Program-made: the position numbers and the translations under genes
Notes under the pieces: model-generated
The model's database searches: none
The model's input: only the letters and a program-made list of their open reading frames with translations
What the model was told of the DNA's origin: nothing
Shown here: positions 35,007 through 47,519 of the stretch, piece after piece
Layout: each line of letters opens with the position of its first letter
Numbering within the stretch: position 1 is the first letter of the stretch
Source: Sphaerodactylus townsendi
Taxonomy: Eukaryota
DNA length: 64,000 nt
Assembly (NCBI RefSeq): GCF_021028975.2
Contig: NC_059428.1
Location: 149,234,001 to 149,298,000, forward strand
Direction: 5' to 3'

Positions 35007-35149
35007 GGCTGCATCGCTTGGAGCAAAATGCTGAGCATGAGCGTGGATGGGCCCGTGGACATGCAGCAGCGGGGGAGGAAGGAGGGGCTATGCAAGGAGT
35101 GTTGGAGTTTGCTGCACAGGGAAGCGGTAACGCACGGATGAAAAGGGCA

Positions 35150-35387
35150 AAAGCCAAATGTTTCTTAGGAAGTATATTCAGGAGAGGAGAGAGGGGAAGA
35201 TGGCCGGCTGCTGCCTTGCTAGCTGGGAGAGTCTCTGCTCTGACTTCTGAGAAGAGGCAGAATATTTGACCTGAGAGAATCAGTCTAAGGACAGACCAGA
35301 GGTGACCCAAAAGGACGGAGAAATCTCTAACCTTACAGCCCTCTGCAGCTGACCTCATGCCCACCCCCTACTCCTCAGTTCCTTACA
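35150..35387 (-). mobile_element. Partial solo LTR-like repeat, related to 49442-49744
   Basis: Ends CCTTACA; shares CTCTGAC..GAGAAGA..CAGTCT.AGGACAGA..CCTTACAGCCCTCT with the 49.6-kb copy. Confidence 0.55.
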
Positions 35388-35741
35388 TCCGACAGGGAGA
35401 AGATGGTGCAGCCGAGCAGGCCCCAGGGGCATCTCCTGGGCTATCTGTAGCCGGAGTTGAACTCTCTCTTCAGCACCGCCTCTCCCCATTGGGGTTCAGA
35501 GGGCTGGGCCAAAGGCTTTTGTGCTCCCCAGATCTTCCCCTGATCTTTGGCCTCCAAAGAATACCCTGTAGGTTGACAGCATCGGCACTGACCGTTTGTT
35601 TCCCAAGACAGGACGTGATGAAACCAGAGAACCTGACCATTCCTTTGCTTGGCCAGCCGAGTTTGGCTTGACGCCGCATGAGCCATTCCCACCAAGTTGT
35701 CTGCTGGTGTCTCCAGATCTGGGGGGTGGGTGGGGGGTGGG

Positions 35742-36189
35742 TGTAGTCGTGCCGCGAGGTCAGCGTAAGAACGAGACGAGACGCGGTGATTTCATCTGGT
35801 GGGAGGAGCGTTTCAGCAATGGGGAGCGCTGGTAGCCCAAGTTTACTCTCCTGCATGCTGGTTCTGCACCTTTATTATGATTCTAGCGGGGGCGTGTAGA
35901 AGGGCGGAACGGGGGGAATTCCGGGAGAGCGGGGGACTGAGAGATCATCATGTGATGCATGATCTCACCTGGCTGCTACGCGGGAGAGGAGCATCGGCTG
36001 CCTGGGCCTAATCTCACCTGGGGCAGCCATTGTCCCTTTGTCCGGGACACCTGGTGGTTGTGAGCCAGGTAGTTCATGACCTTTGACTCATCGGGGATGA
36101 GGGGTGGGGGAGCTGTGCGACCAGAGTCAGAGATGCCGGGTGTCAAGCGCCTATTTCACGTGTGCTGCTGTCAGCAGTGCATCCCCACA
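35742..36189 (-). mobile_element. Solo LTR related to the 27740-34217 ERV
   Basis: TGTAGTC...CCCCACA termini, 6-bp TSD GGTGGG, shared blocks (GAGATCATCATGTGATGCATGATCTC, GTCAGCAGTGCATC). Confidence 0.88.
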
Positions 36190-36739
36190 GGTGGGGAGAG
36201 AAACTGGCCCAAGGTCGGAGGTGAGAAGTCCCCAGTGGCAGGGACCACCAGGCCCAACGCTTGAACTGACGCTAGTTCTTTCAGCCACACGCCTAGGGCC
36301 AGGGGAGCATTCAATCTGAGGCTCTTCCCACGGTAAGCCCTCACAGCCATAACTCTCTGTCAATTCTAAAGGACTGGAACAGTGAGTCACATTGCCTATT
36401 GAGATTGATGGATTTCATAAACAGCTTCCGTTTACCAAGGCAAAGTTAATAATTAGCAGGAGGCAGAAAATCTATTTTAAAATCCCCCCAAACACCACCG
36501 TGCTCAAGCAGGATGTCAGGCAGGTGGTAGTCGGCAAGCAAGCGGGAGGGGCGGGGGCAGGGGCAGTTTCTGCCATTAATAGTGTGTGTGTGGGGGGGGG
36601 CAACAACCTGACATGCGGATGTCCCCAGGGCCAGCCTTCCCCCACCCTGCACTCCTCTGCTGTTCTTCCCTGAAGCACCTGTTGGTTCTCCTCAGCATCT
36701 CAAAGGAGTTTGTCCAGGTTGGCCTTAGGGACAGAAAAG

Positions 36740-36977
36740 GGCTGACAATCTCCTTCCCAACCCCCTATCCCCACAACAAACACCCTGTGAGGTGGGTGGG
36801 GCTGAGAGAGCTCTGAAGAGCCATGACTAGCCCAAGGTCACCCAGCTGGCATGTGTTGGAGGGCACAAGCTAGCCTGGTTCACCAGGAAGGCCTCCACAG
36901 CTCAAGTGTCAGAGCGGGGAATCAAACTCAGTTCTCCAGATTAAAGTGCACCTGCTCTTAACCACTACACCACGCTG
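36740..36977 (-). mobile_element. Squam3-type SINE, 3' truncated
   Basis: Homologous to the 3814-4110 copy. Confidence 0.8.
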
Positions 36978-37186
36978 TCTCTCTCCTGGTTTCCCTGCCG
37001 TTCTCAAAAACTCCATCTGTTTCTGGACCAGAGGAGGCACCCCATCCTGCCCTGGCGCTTCCAGCTCCGTAATTTGTTTTGGGCAGCCTCCTCCTAGTTT
37101 CAGTGCTCAGCCCTCCACAAGCAGACAGGAAGCCCGCTGAGAGAGACATGCTTTCCAGCCGGTCCAGTGGTTGGTTTGACGGGCGT

Positions 37187-37225
<39 letters not shown>

Positions 37226-37339
37226 GACCGGCCAGCCTCCCCTTTGGTGAAAGGCTCTGATTATGCGGATTGAATTCTGCGCTGCCCAAGCAGAGCGGAG
37301 GAGCTGTCTGAGTTGATTTAACAAAGCAGGGAGAGGAGC

Positions 37340-37378
<39 letters not shown>

Positions 37379-38633
37379 GTGTTATCAAGATCAGCAACAT
37401 CTTACGGGAGTGATTGCCCAGCTGAACTCCGACACTCATAATTTCCTACGCCGAGCGCCCTGCGCACATCACTGCCTGCTTGAGGCACAGATGCAGATCT
37501 GTCAAATGGCGGTGGCAGGGTGGGGATGGGAGAGGGAGTCCGTCTCTGGCTCCTGGGCAGCTTGTAGGCCAAGAGGGGAGTCGTGGCTGCCCTCCCAAGG
37601 GTTGGGGCCACGTTCGCTTTGCTGGGAGTTGCTGGAGCTGTTAGTGTGTGTGTGTGTGGGGGGGGGGTGGTGCTGGGAGGGTTTTTGCAGCAGGGAATCC
37701 AGCCTGGGCAGAGAAAAGGCACCGGGCTCACGCTAGGTGCAGAGGAAGGCCTGGAAAGGTGCGGACTTCTGCGGGGGCACCTGGTCCCAGCCAGGCTCTT
37801 CTCTCCGTCCTCACTCTCAGGCCAGCCTTCTTGGCCCACCGGTACCCGCTGCCCTCTCTTGTCCAAAGGGCTGGATTTAAAGAATGCAGCTGGAGGCTGG
37901 CTGGTGTGCGGGGGGGGGGGCGGGGGGGCTGAGGCCTGCAGGCAGTCTGGCCTTCAGCCCCACCTTAAACCCACAGTGGAAGAAGTGGGATCAACCTGCT
38001 CCTCTGCATTAGAGTGCACTGCTCTAACTCACTACAATTCAGCACGGACTCTCTAAGAAGAAGACTGGCTGAGTGTTCAGAGCCGTAGGTCCACCAATGC
38101 CCCTGCATCAAGTGGTTTTTCTTTCCCCAATTTTGATGAGAGAGACCTATTCAGGTTGACAAGGACAGAGGCCTCCCTGGGATCCGGGCCTGGCAGGCAG
38201 GCAGGCAGGCGCTTGGAACCCGTCCATCGGAGTGGCTGCTTTTAAATAATAGAGGACTTGAGTCCGGCCCTATAATTCAAACAGGGACATCATATCTTTC
38301 ATTTGGACTTATTACTAGCAGAGCCTCTGTCAGCCGGATGCCTTTGCAGGGCAGGGCACTCTGGCGTGATTCTAAATCTTCTCTCGCTGGTACAAAAAGG
38401 AAGGTCTGGCCGAGGCTGGGGCCAGGGCCCAAGACGCAAGTTCTGTTGGCACATGGAAAGGAGCTGGAGCCAGGCTGGGGGCGGGGGGCGGGCTTTGGGC
38501 CGTGAAACGAGCTCCCAGAGCACCCCTTGTGAAGGCAGGCTGAGCAGAGGGCACCCGGGTTTGCCCCTCCTCGTCCCCTGGCAGGACGGCCTCTCTCGCC
38601 TTGCCCCGAGAGGAGAGAGAGAGATGTCTTATT

Positions 38634-38972
38634 CAGCAGTGGCGTAGTGGTTAAGAGCAGGTGTACTCTAATCTGGGGAATCAAGGGTTTGGATTCCCAC
38701 CCAAATTTTGAGCTGTGGGAGGCTTATCTGGGGAATTCAGATTAGCCTGTGCACTCCTGGCACACACGCCAGCTGGGTGACCTTTACACCACAGTTCTTT
38801 GGAGTTCTCAGCCCCACCCACTCACAGGGTGTTTGCTTGTGGGAGGGGGGGGAAAGGGCAAGGAGATTGTAAGCCCCTTTGAGTCTCCCACAGGAGAGAA
38901 AGGGGGGGGGGTATAAATCCAAACTCCTCCTCCTCCTCCTCCTCCTCCTCCTCCTCCTTCTTCTTCTTCTTC
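38634..38972 (+). mobile_element. Squam3-type SINE
   Basis: AGCAGTGGCGTAGTGGTTAAGAGC head, (CCT)n(CTT)n tail. Confidence 0.85.
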
Positions 38973-39290
38973 ATTGAACTGGTGTTGTATCGGGCCCAGA
39001 AGACACACTGAGCAGTGCTGGCAGGTCAAAGGCTGCTCCAGGGCCCAGAGAACACTGCTGCTGCTGCTGCTCCGAGCTTTGAAATAAAAAAAGTAGTAAA
39101 ATGGGGTAAAAGAGGTCAGTGGCAGCCTTCAGCCCCACCTCGAGCAAATGATCCCAGCAGGCAGGGAGGGGGGTTATGAGAGGGGCCAGCTGGGCCTTGG
39201 CACCCCAAATCCATATACTAGCACCCCTGTCTTTTATTAAGCAATTAATAATTGCTTAACCACATGCCAGCTGGGTGACCTTGGGCTAGT

Positions 39291-39416
39291 CAGGTCTACC
39301 ACCCAAAGCCCAGGTCTACCGTCTTTGAGCTTGTGCTGGCAGCCAGGTCTACTGCCTTGAGCTTGAGCTGGCGTCCAGGTCTACCATCCTGGGGTGGTAC
39401 CGGCGCCCATGTCTAT
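39291..39416. repeat. Degenerate tandem repeat, ~32-bp units starting CAGGTCTAC
   Basis: Five CA(G/T)GTCTA anchors with TGAGCTTG.GCTGGC cores. Confidence 0.7.
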
Positions 39417-39427
39417 GTGTGCATGGT

Positions 39428-42400
39428 TGTAAAGGATTCAATGGTGTTGATGGTGAAGTAACCTTGAGTGCATTCCACAAGTCTCGCCATGGCCAGCTTC
39501 ATGGAGACCTTATCTCTGGAGATGAGGGACCTGCTCCCAAGGGAAGCAGGGAAGGGGGGATGGGGTGAATGGTGTTATAACCTGTGCTTCTATGGAAGTG
39601 TCATTCCCAAGCACTGCGTGTACCTCTGAGTTTAAGATGTTCACAACGGACTTTACACCAAAGTGCCTTTGGCTTCTGCTTTGCGAATTCTACATTGTGG
39701 CAGGAATCTTAATACATCTATATTCCTAGTGCAGTGGATCCTGTGTCTTGACATGTGAGGTTGAATGTTATCAAGGAAGGTGCAGCCCCAAAGAGGGTTC
39801 AATCTTTCCCCTTCTGGATCTAGGAGCAAACCCCGCAGAACTGGCCTCGGGCTGGTGGTTCTTCCCCCCGCCCCTCAGTCAGCACGAAGCCTCCTTACTC
39901 CTCGCTGGAACCAGGGACGGATTTTACTCCACCATGGGGACTTCCATGAGCCGCTTGGGCTTGTCTATGGAATCGAGCGCCTGTGGATCGGATCTCTACC
40001 CGCTTTTGGGTGGGATTACAAAACCTCAGATGCAACCTACTGTAAGTGAGGAGACGGCCTGACCACCTTCTACGCAACCAGGAATCCATTGAACGGTTCC
40101 TGGACTCGTATTTTGGTGATGCTCCCAAGGAACCACCGCGGGTATCAGCACTCAGTCTTCGTCCAAAGGACACCGACTAAACCTTCCTGGAATTGGGAGG
40201 GTATCCGTACTGTGCTTCCCCACCTGGACTCCCCCCCCTGGATCCCGGGTTAGCCACCGACCTGAGGTGCCTCGGGAGCCACCGGTGGCTACGCTGCTAC
40301 GGCACCTCCGGGATGTCTCCAGACGCACGGTAGTCCAAGAGCCTTGCACTCCCAGCCGGATTCGTTCCTCTCCCATCGAAGGAGACTTGGGATGAGGAAG
40401 TGGGGCGACCGCGAAGATGCCCAAGAAGCATGCTGGACTCCGTGGAACGCCAGCAGCAGGAGGAGGAACGGCACAGTTGCAGCAAGAGCTAAAACCCGTA
40501 GAGGGACCGGAACGGCAACGCAAAGAAGTCCAGCTCGAAGTTGGATCGTACAAAGACGCTTCCAAAGACAATATGCCCAGAATCTGTCAGTCCATGATAA
40601 AGTTCTGGGAACACTCCAGACTGGATTTACAACGCAACGTAAAGCGTCGCGTCCTGGCGCACGCAGAAAGTGAGTCACCGGAAGCCCTAAACGGGACCTA
40701 ACTGGCTAAATCTGGAACGAGAAAGCTGCTTTGTACGCACCAGGATGCTTTAACTCAAGGAGAGGGAGTTGGCTGGGCGCTTGGAGAGGGAGCTAAGGAG
40801 TGCGTGACCCGCCAGCCCCTGCGTTACTGATCACGCCTCGGTGCCAGGGGGGCCACGCACCTGGGTCCTGCCACCCAAACGCCAGCTGCAACTTCAGCCT
40901 GGCCCGCCCCCCCCGGGCGACAACAATGCCTTCGTCTAACCTGTCAACCCCGCTAACCCAGCTTCTCCCAGCAGGCCAAGAGCTGAATTCAGCCATCGGC
41001 CCCTTCGATACCTGTGCCCGCTTTGATGGGACCGCTTCCAAACTTCCTACTTCATTTTGCAACTCAATGCCCACTTGGAAGCATTCACGGCGATTTATAA
41101 ATTCTCACCCGAGCGCGAAAAATACGATTACTGGCTCGTCCTGGATGGGGCAGCAGCCACTGGTTCGCGGACTTCCTCTTTTGGATTTGGTAGGATGAAG
41201 ACTCTCGACGGGTGCCCGTGATTCTCCAAGCTTCCCAAGAGCGCTTCAAGATCCAGGCCGAATGAAGCCATCCGCATTCATCAAAACTATCCAGCAAGGC
41301 AACCGCCTGCTTTGCAGAATTTGCACGGAATTTCGTGGCGCGGCTGCTCGACTCTCCTCCGAGGCCTGAACGCATGAAATGCGACACTTCTCGGATGTGG
41401 ACGGCAAGCTGCGTGGAAACGGTGTTTTTAATTGGTCTCCTCGTACCATTGCAGATTGATCCAGTTGGGGTCCCAAGTGGCTGCCTCGTTTGAATACTGC
41501 CAGGCCGGAGGCTGCCCCACGCTTCAAAACCCACTCCCAGGTCCACTAAGCCGCTCTCCTCCAGCCGCCTCTACCGAAACCACCTCTGAACGCCAGCCGC
41601 CGACTGGGATTGTGTCTTTATCAAGGGAGGGCCAGGTCATTCAGTCACAACTGTCCCAAGAAACAAAACCAACCGCTTCCAGCGCCCGCTGCACTCCATC
41701 TGCTGCTTTCACCACGCAGGTCAGGGTCAGCCCCACGGGCTCGCCCAAAGCGGCCATCGGCGGCTCCCAGAGGGAAGGGGAAGCAGCTGTTTGCCTTTTC
41801 ATCAGCCCCTCATGGACATGGGGTCATTGACTCCTGACGCTGCGGGAGTGGAAGGCAGCCAGCCCCTATTACTGTCCAAGCCATTTCTGGCCAACCCCGC
41901 TAAACACACCCCTCGCATTATAGCCCCTCGCTCCTTTGTGGGATTCTGGCTGTTCTACTGCTTAACAATGCGGCCCCAGGTGGCAGAGGAGCTGGTCTGG
42001 ACCAAATTCCCGCTGGGCTTCCATACCATTTCACTCCAAAATGGACGGCAGCCCTCGGGAACGTAAGCGACCGCCCAGTACAAAACACAGCCGGTTCTCT
42101 CCGCTATACTGCATCATTGGGAGAAAATTAGTTTTATTCTTGGCTACGTCAGTGGCCAAACATTCCATAGTTTTGGGCATGCCTTGGTTATTGTTACATG
42201 AACCAAAGTTCATTTGGGAAAGAACGGATCTTTAGAATTCACTGACCCTCCCCGCGGTGAACACATTGAATTGGGGTGGGAAAACCCAACTTCTCCGACC
42301 ACACCTCCTCCTCTGGCTTTTCTTCAGCCATTGCTCCCGACTTCTATTGGCATCCCACCCATGTATCATGATCTAGCCAGAGTTTTTCAGGAGTAAGAAT

Positions 42401-45400
42401 GCTACCAGTTGCCACCCCACAGAGACATCTGACTGCAAAATTGTTATACAACCAGGGGCTTAACTACCCAAAGGTGCAGAATCACCGCATGAGTCCCAAT
42501 GAGGAGAAGGAGCTTCGCGTCTTCTAACAAGAACCTTGCTCGCTGGTTCATAATTTTAGCTACCAAACACACATTGGATACTTGCCCCCGTTTTGTTTGT
42601 AAAAAGAAAGCATGGGTCTCTACTGCTTTGCACAGATTATCATCGAGGGTCTACCAAGCGGTCTCCCTGTCCAATAAATATCCTTTGCCTTTGATCAAGG
42701 ACCTTTTAGATGTACCCGGCAAAGGGCTTATTTTCACTCAAACTGGGAACTTGAGAGGAAGCTTACATTACAGAGTCAGAATTGCTTGAAGCAGTGAACA
42801 TCTTTGACTGCGCGAACAATAAAGTTTTGGACAGCTCTAATACTTAATAATGCCATTCGGGTTAAGTGGGGCCCCTGGGGCTTTGTATGGCCTGCATTAA
42901 CGGGTTCTCCATGATTTATTGTACAAGGGAGTTGTGGTATACCTCTAGATGACGTTTTAATTTACTCTCAAACCATAGAAGAAGCATGAAACATTGGTTC
43001 GGAAGTATTGGAAACGCTTACTCGACAACTCTCTTTTGCCAAACTCTCCAAATGTTGTTTCTACCAGACCTCCATTGACTATTTTAAGTTACTGGATTCT
43101 CGAGGGCTTGAAATGGACCTGCTAAAATTGACGGCGAAGTCCTCCATTGGCCTGCTCCCCACCAACCTAAGGAACTCCAATCTTTTCTTGGTTTTGCTAA
43201 TTTCTATCGTGGACTTTTATACCCCAATTTCGCTGAACTAACTCTCCCTCTCACAGACTCCTCTTACTTAATTAAGGCAGGTAAAGATCCACTGTCCACC
43301 AAGCTCAGTCCCTCTCTTTCCTGGTCTGAGGAGGTCAAACAGCCTTTCAACTTGCCAGTCTGGCGTTTACCACTGAACTCTATCCTAAAGCAATTCCTGA
43401 CCCAGGACCTCCCGCTTGTGGTTCACTGGATGCCTCGACAAAGCACTTGGGCAGCCCTAAGGTAGAAAAAAATAAAGATGGTAGGTATTGGTTCCGTGGT
43501 GCTTATTTGTCTAAGAAATTCTGGTGCTGAACTCAACTGGACTGTGGGAGAGATAAGGAGACTAAGTGGCCATCAAAAGTAGCACTTTCACTCTCTGGCT
43601 TATTGACTGGCTGAGGGGCTAAACACCCCTCTTTCAAGTTTGGTCGGATCATAAAACCTGGCAGCCTTTCTTCCAACTCTCAAGATGTCTCGCAAAACAA
43701 CTTCGTTGGGTAACGATTTCTTTCTCGCTTCTCTTTTATGTCCATTTTTTTCCTGAAAACCACAATTGGGCTGGACGCTGCTCACAGCCACTTCTGAGGG
43801 GGGGTGGAGCTGCCCCTTTAATGGTGACATTCCACGACTCGTTCTTTTCCCCTCCCAGCTAGTTGGCTGTCACCGATCTCAAACGATCACTCCTCCTCCA
43901 CCCCCCCATTCCTACTCGCTCTCCTTTCCCATGGAACTCGAGGAGGCGGGCTACACGAAGCCTTCCAGCGAAGCGAGTGACCTCCCACCGGCGCTTAGAG
44001 AATGGAGTCGGCTGAGGGGGAGGTTGGCAATGCCTCCCTCCCAGCAGGTTCTTGAAGCTTTGCCACGATGCCCGCTCGGCTGGACATTTTGGCTTTTTTT
44101 GAAAATCCTGCATTTAGTCTGCCGGCAGTTCTAGCGAGAATGCTAAAGACATTGAGGCATACATTAAGGGCTGCTCGGTTTGTGCAGAAGCCAAAACCAT
44201 CCTGGAAAGTTTTCCCATGGGCTATTGAACCTCTCCCGGTGGCCTCACTTGGGGAAGTCACCTCCACGGATTTTATTACAGATCACCGTTCAAAGTCATG
44301 GCAACACGGTTTTGTGGGCGGTGGTAGATTTATTTTCTAAACAAGCCCATTTTTATTCCATGTGTTTCCATCCCTCCGCCAATCCTAAGTTGGCACGGGT
44401 TGTTTATTCAAATATGTTTACTTGCCCCATTCCGCTCCCTTCGTTAAGGTGGTGAAACCTGACCAAGGCCCCTGCACTCCATCTCAAAGTTCTGGAAGTT
44501 GCTGAAGGTTAAAATGCCTGGCCACTCTCTACCACGCTCTGTGCGACGGCGTAGACGGAGAGAACGACAGAACTCTAGAGCAGTATTTACGTTGTTACAA
44601 TTCAACTACCACTAAGACAATTGGTGCGAAGCTTATTCCGCTTATGGAGTACGCTCTACTAACAATGCGCCCATAACGAGTACAAAGAAAACTCCTTTGA
44701 AGTTGTGTTTGAGTCGCCTCCTTCCCTTGCCAAGGTTAACCACGCTGCCGGCAAGTGACTTTTGAACCCCTCTAGAGTTTAACCAGACAATGGATTTCTT
44801 ATCCCCAGTTGAGGGATGGAAAACGGTCCAGACCGCCTTTTACAACAAGCTTAAGAGACTCCCAAAAACTGCAAGCCGGGATAAACGTCAGCCATTCGGA
44901 TTTTCCCCTCTGCATGTGCAGGCTCTTTGGTGTATTTATCTTACAAAAAAATCTCAGAAAGCGTGCATACAATATTCCAAACTTTGGTAAAAGATTTGTA
45001 GGGACAACTTTTTTTGTAGATTACTAAAAGTGATTAATGATGTCACTGCTCCTCAGCTTAGGATTTGGCTCTTAACTCTCTTTAGTAAACATTCATCCTG
45101 CAATCTTCCATTCCACGAAAAGCTTTGCTCAAGGAGGCTCCCGCTTCCCGGGATGCTCAGTAATCGTGACACCAAGGCTGGAGAGGCTCCCCACCGACTA
45201 TTATTGATGGGTCTTTAAAGGCACTACGTAGATTGGACGCTTTATCCTGGACTCTCAAGACTTTGAATCGCAAAGCGCTGTACAATATTTAGTCTCTCTT
45301 TGGGTGGGATGCATTCCCTCTGGAGTATAACTTCAATGGGTTTATTCCGAAAGATATTGAAGCCCCACTCCTTATTTCTGCTTTCCACCCACAAATTTCC

Positions 45401-45756
45401 GCGATAAAACCTGAGGGAGGGGTCTTCTTTAAGGAGAGCAAGTGTAAAAGGATTCAATGGTGTTGATGGTGAAGTAACCTTGAGAGTGCATTCCCACAGT
45501 GCCCGGCGATGGGCCAGTTTCTTCTCGGAGACGCTTATCTCTCGCGGCGATGGCTGAGATGAGGACTCCCGCTCCCCATGGGAAGGCAGGAAGGGAGGGA
45601 TGGGGGTGAATGAAGTTCCAGTAACCTGTGCTTCTGCAGTGGCGAAGTGTCATTCCAGCGTACTGCGTAATTCTGAGCTTTTCGCAAGATGTCTTAATAA
45701 ACGGACTTTTTACACTCAAAAAGCCTTTTATTTCTGCTTCTATGGAATTCCTTACA
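39428..45756 (+). mobile_element. Full-length Ty3/Gypsy chromovirus (Sushi-like) LTR retrotransposon, ORFs disrupted
   Basis: LTRs 39428-39694 and 45443-45756, 5-bp TSD ATGGT, purine-rich tract before the 3' LTR; gag FDG and CCHC-like remnants, IVLGMPWL, YHDLARVF..LPPH, NKYPLPLI, MPFGL, Y-L-DD, integrase STDFITD / VVDLFSKQAHF, C-terminal chromodomain-like remnant. Confidence 0.92.
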
Positions 45757-46290
45757 ATGGTCAACAAGGGGGATGGTGGTGGTTCTGCTGTGTAGAGAGC
45801 CCCCACCCACCCATAAGGTTGCCAGCTCCTGGCTGGGGAATTCCTGGAGATTCAAGGATGACATCTAGAGAGGGTGCATTGGGTTAAGACTAGGGACGGA
45901 CCCTAGTGGGTGTAGAATACCATAAAGTCCTTCCTCCAATGCAGCCCCTAAAATCTCGGGGGGGGGGGGGGCGTCATTGCACTAGCACAGAGCTTTGCAG
46001 GGATTCCCTCCCCCACCCAGGTCAGCTCATTTCCCTGCCCTGGGAAGAATTCTTCATTGGAAGCCAAGGGTGGGCTGCAGGGCACTGTGCGAGAAGACGG
46101 GAGCAGGGGAACAGGCCCCGCAGCAGCAGCAGCAGCAGAGAGCAGAATGCTGGCCTGGGTGGAAAGGCCTGGGGGGCAGAAGCAAGGCAAGAGAGCCTCT
46201 GGGCGCCCGGAGGCCAAGAAGGGCATGGCCTGTGGGAGAGGATGCTGTGGAAGGAGGGAAAACCCTCCAGGGCCTTGGCATGTCTGGGAG

Positions 46291-46325
<35 letters not shown>

Positions 46326-47435
46326 GGGAGGGCAGAGCCTCCTCCGCTTCTCCCTCTGAAGAATTTATATTCCTTACGAATTGCAAAAGGGTCCTTCAGA
46401 CTCCTCTGTTGGAATTCAAGGCACTGCACTGAACCTTTGAACGCTAATTATTGTTTCCTGCTTGCCCATATATCTTTGGTAATTGCTCGTACATACAGAC
46501 CTTGGATATTAAATATCTCATCTGGCCTGCATGTCTGAGAAGACGTTGCCTTTTCTAATTAATAATTGCTTAACCATCTCCCTGCTTAATCAATGTGCAT
46601 AGAAAGAAGGAGAAAAGCCCTGTTTGGTATCATTTTGGAGTTCTAGTATCTAAATTCCCCCAGGGAAGGGTAGGAAGATAAAGCTTAGGTGTCGTTCTTC
46701 AGGGGCTGCAATCCAGAGCACATTTTGGAGAAAGAAAGGAGGTTGCAGAGGAAGTTAAGCGGTGGAAGATCTGGGACTAGGAGTTTTGTTTAATTGAATA
46801 CCAGCTGCTGGACAGATGGCAATGAATGGGCACCGGACAGGTTTCACTCTTGCCCCTTACCTTTTCCCTGAGGGCCATCCAAGGTCAGGCTAGACACTTT
46901 TACGTCCGCTGACTGAGAAGTGTATCTCTGTACAGCAGCCCTTAGGGTTGCCATCTTCCAGGTTGGGCATGGAGATCCCCAGGGATTAAAACTGGTCTCC
47001 AGAGTATAAGGATCACCTCCCCTGGGAAAAAAGGCACAACACCCGACTGAGGTCTCTCTACCCCAAAACGCTGCCTTTCCCAGGCTCTACAACTTCCCCA
47101 AATCTTCAGGAATTTCCCAACTCTATCCATCCACCCACACCCCCCACCCCCCCCGCTCTCCCCAATAAATTTGGAGTTCGCCCTGCTGGGGAAAACATGC
47201 AAAAATCTGAAGGGCAACAGGTATGTTTAGAATGTATAATCCTGTCAAGCAGAGTAATGAGCAGAAATGTGGATTGTGCGGCACGTTAAATTAGAATATT
47301 TATCTCTCAAAAGACCAGCTGTTTTACCTCAGAAGTTCATAAAATCCACCCATATCTTTCATCCAGCAAGGCCTACTATAGCTTGAATGGGCATTTTGAT
47401 CAGGGAAATGACACCTGGGGGGAAGGGTTACTCAG

Positions 47436-47437
<2 letters not shown>

Positions 47438-47516
<79 letters not shown>
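47438..47516. repeat. (CA)n microsatellite
   Basis: Seen directly. Confidence 0.95.

Positions 47517-47519
<3 letters not shown>

Noticed and set aside
39291-39416. CRISPR-like repeat-spacer pattern
   Set aside because: Eukaryotic context; the units are degenerate tandem copies with related 'spacers' and there are no cas genes.
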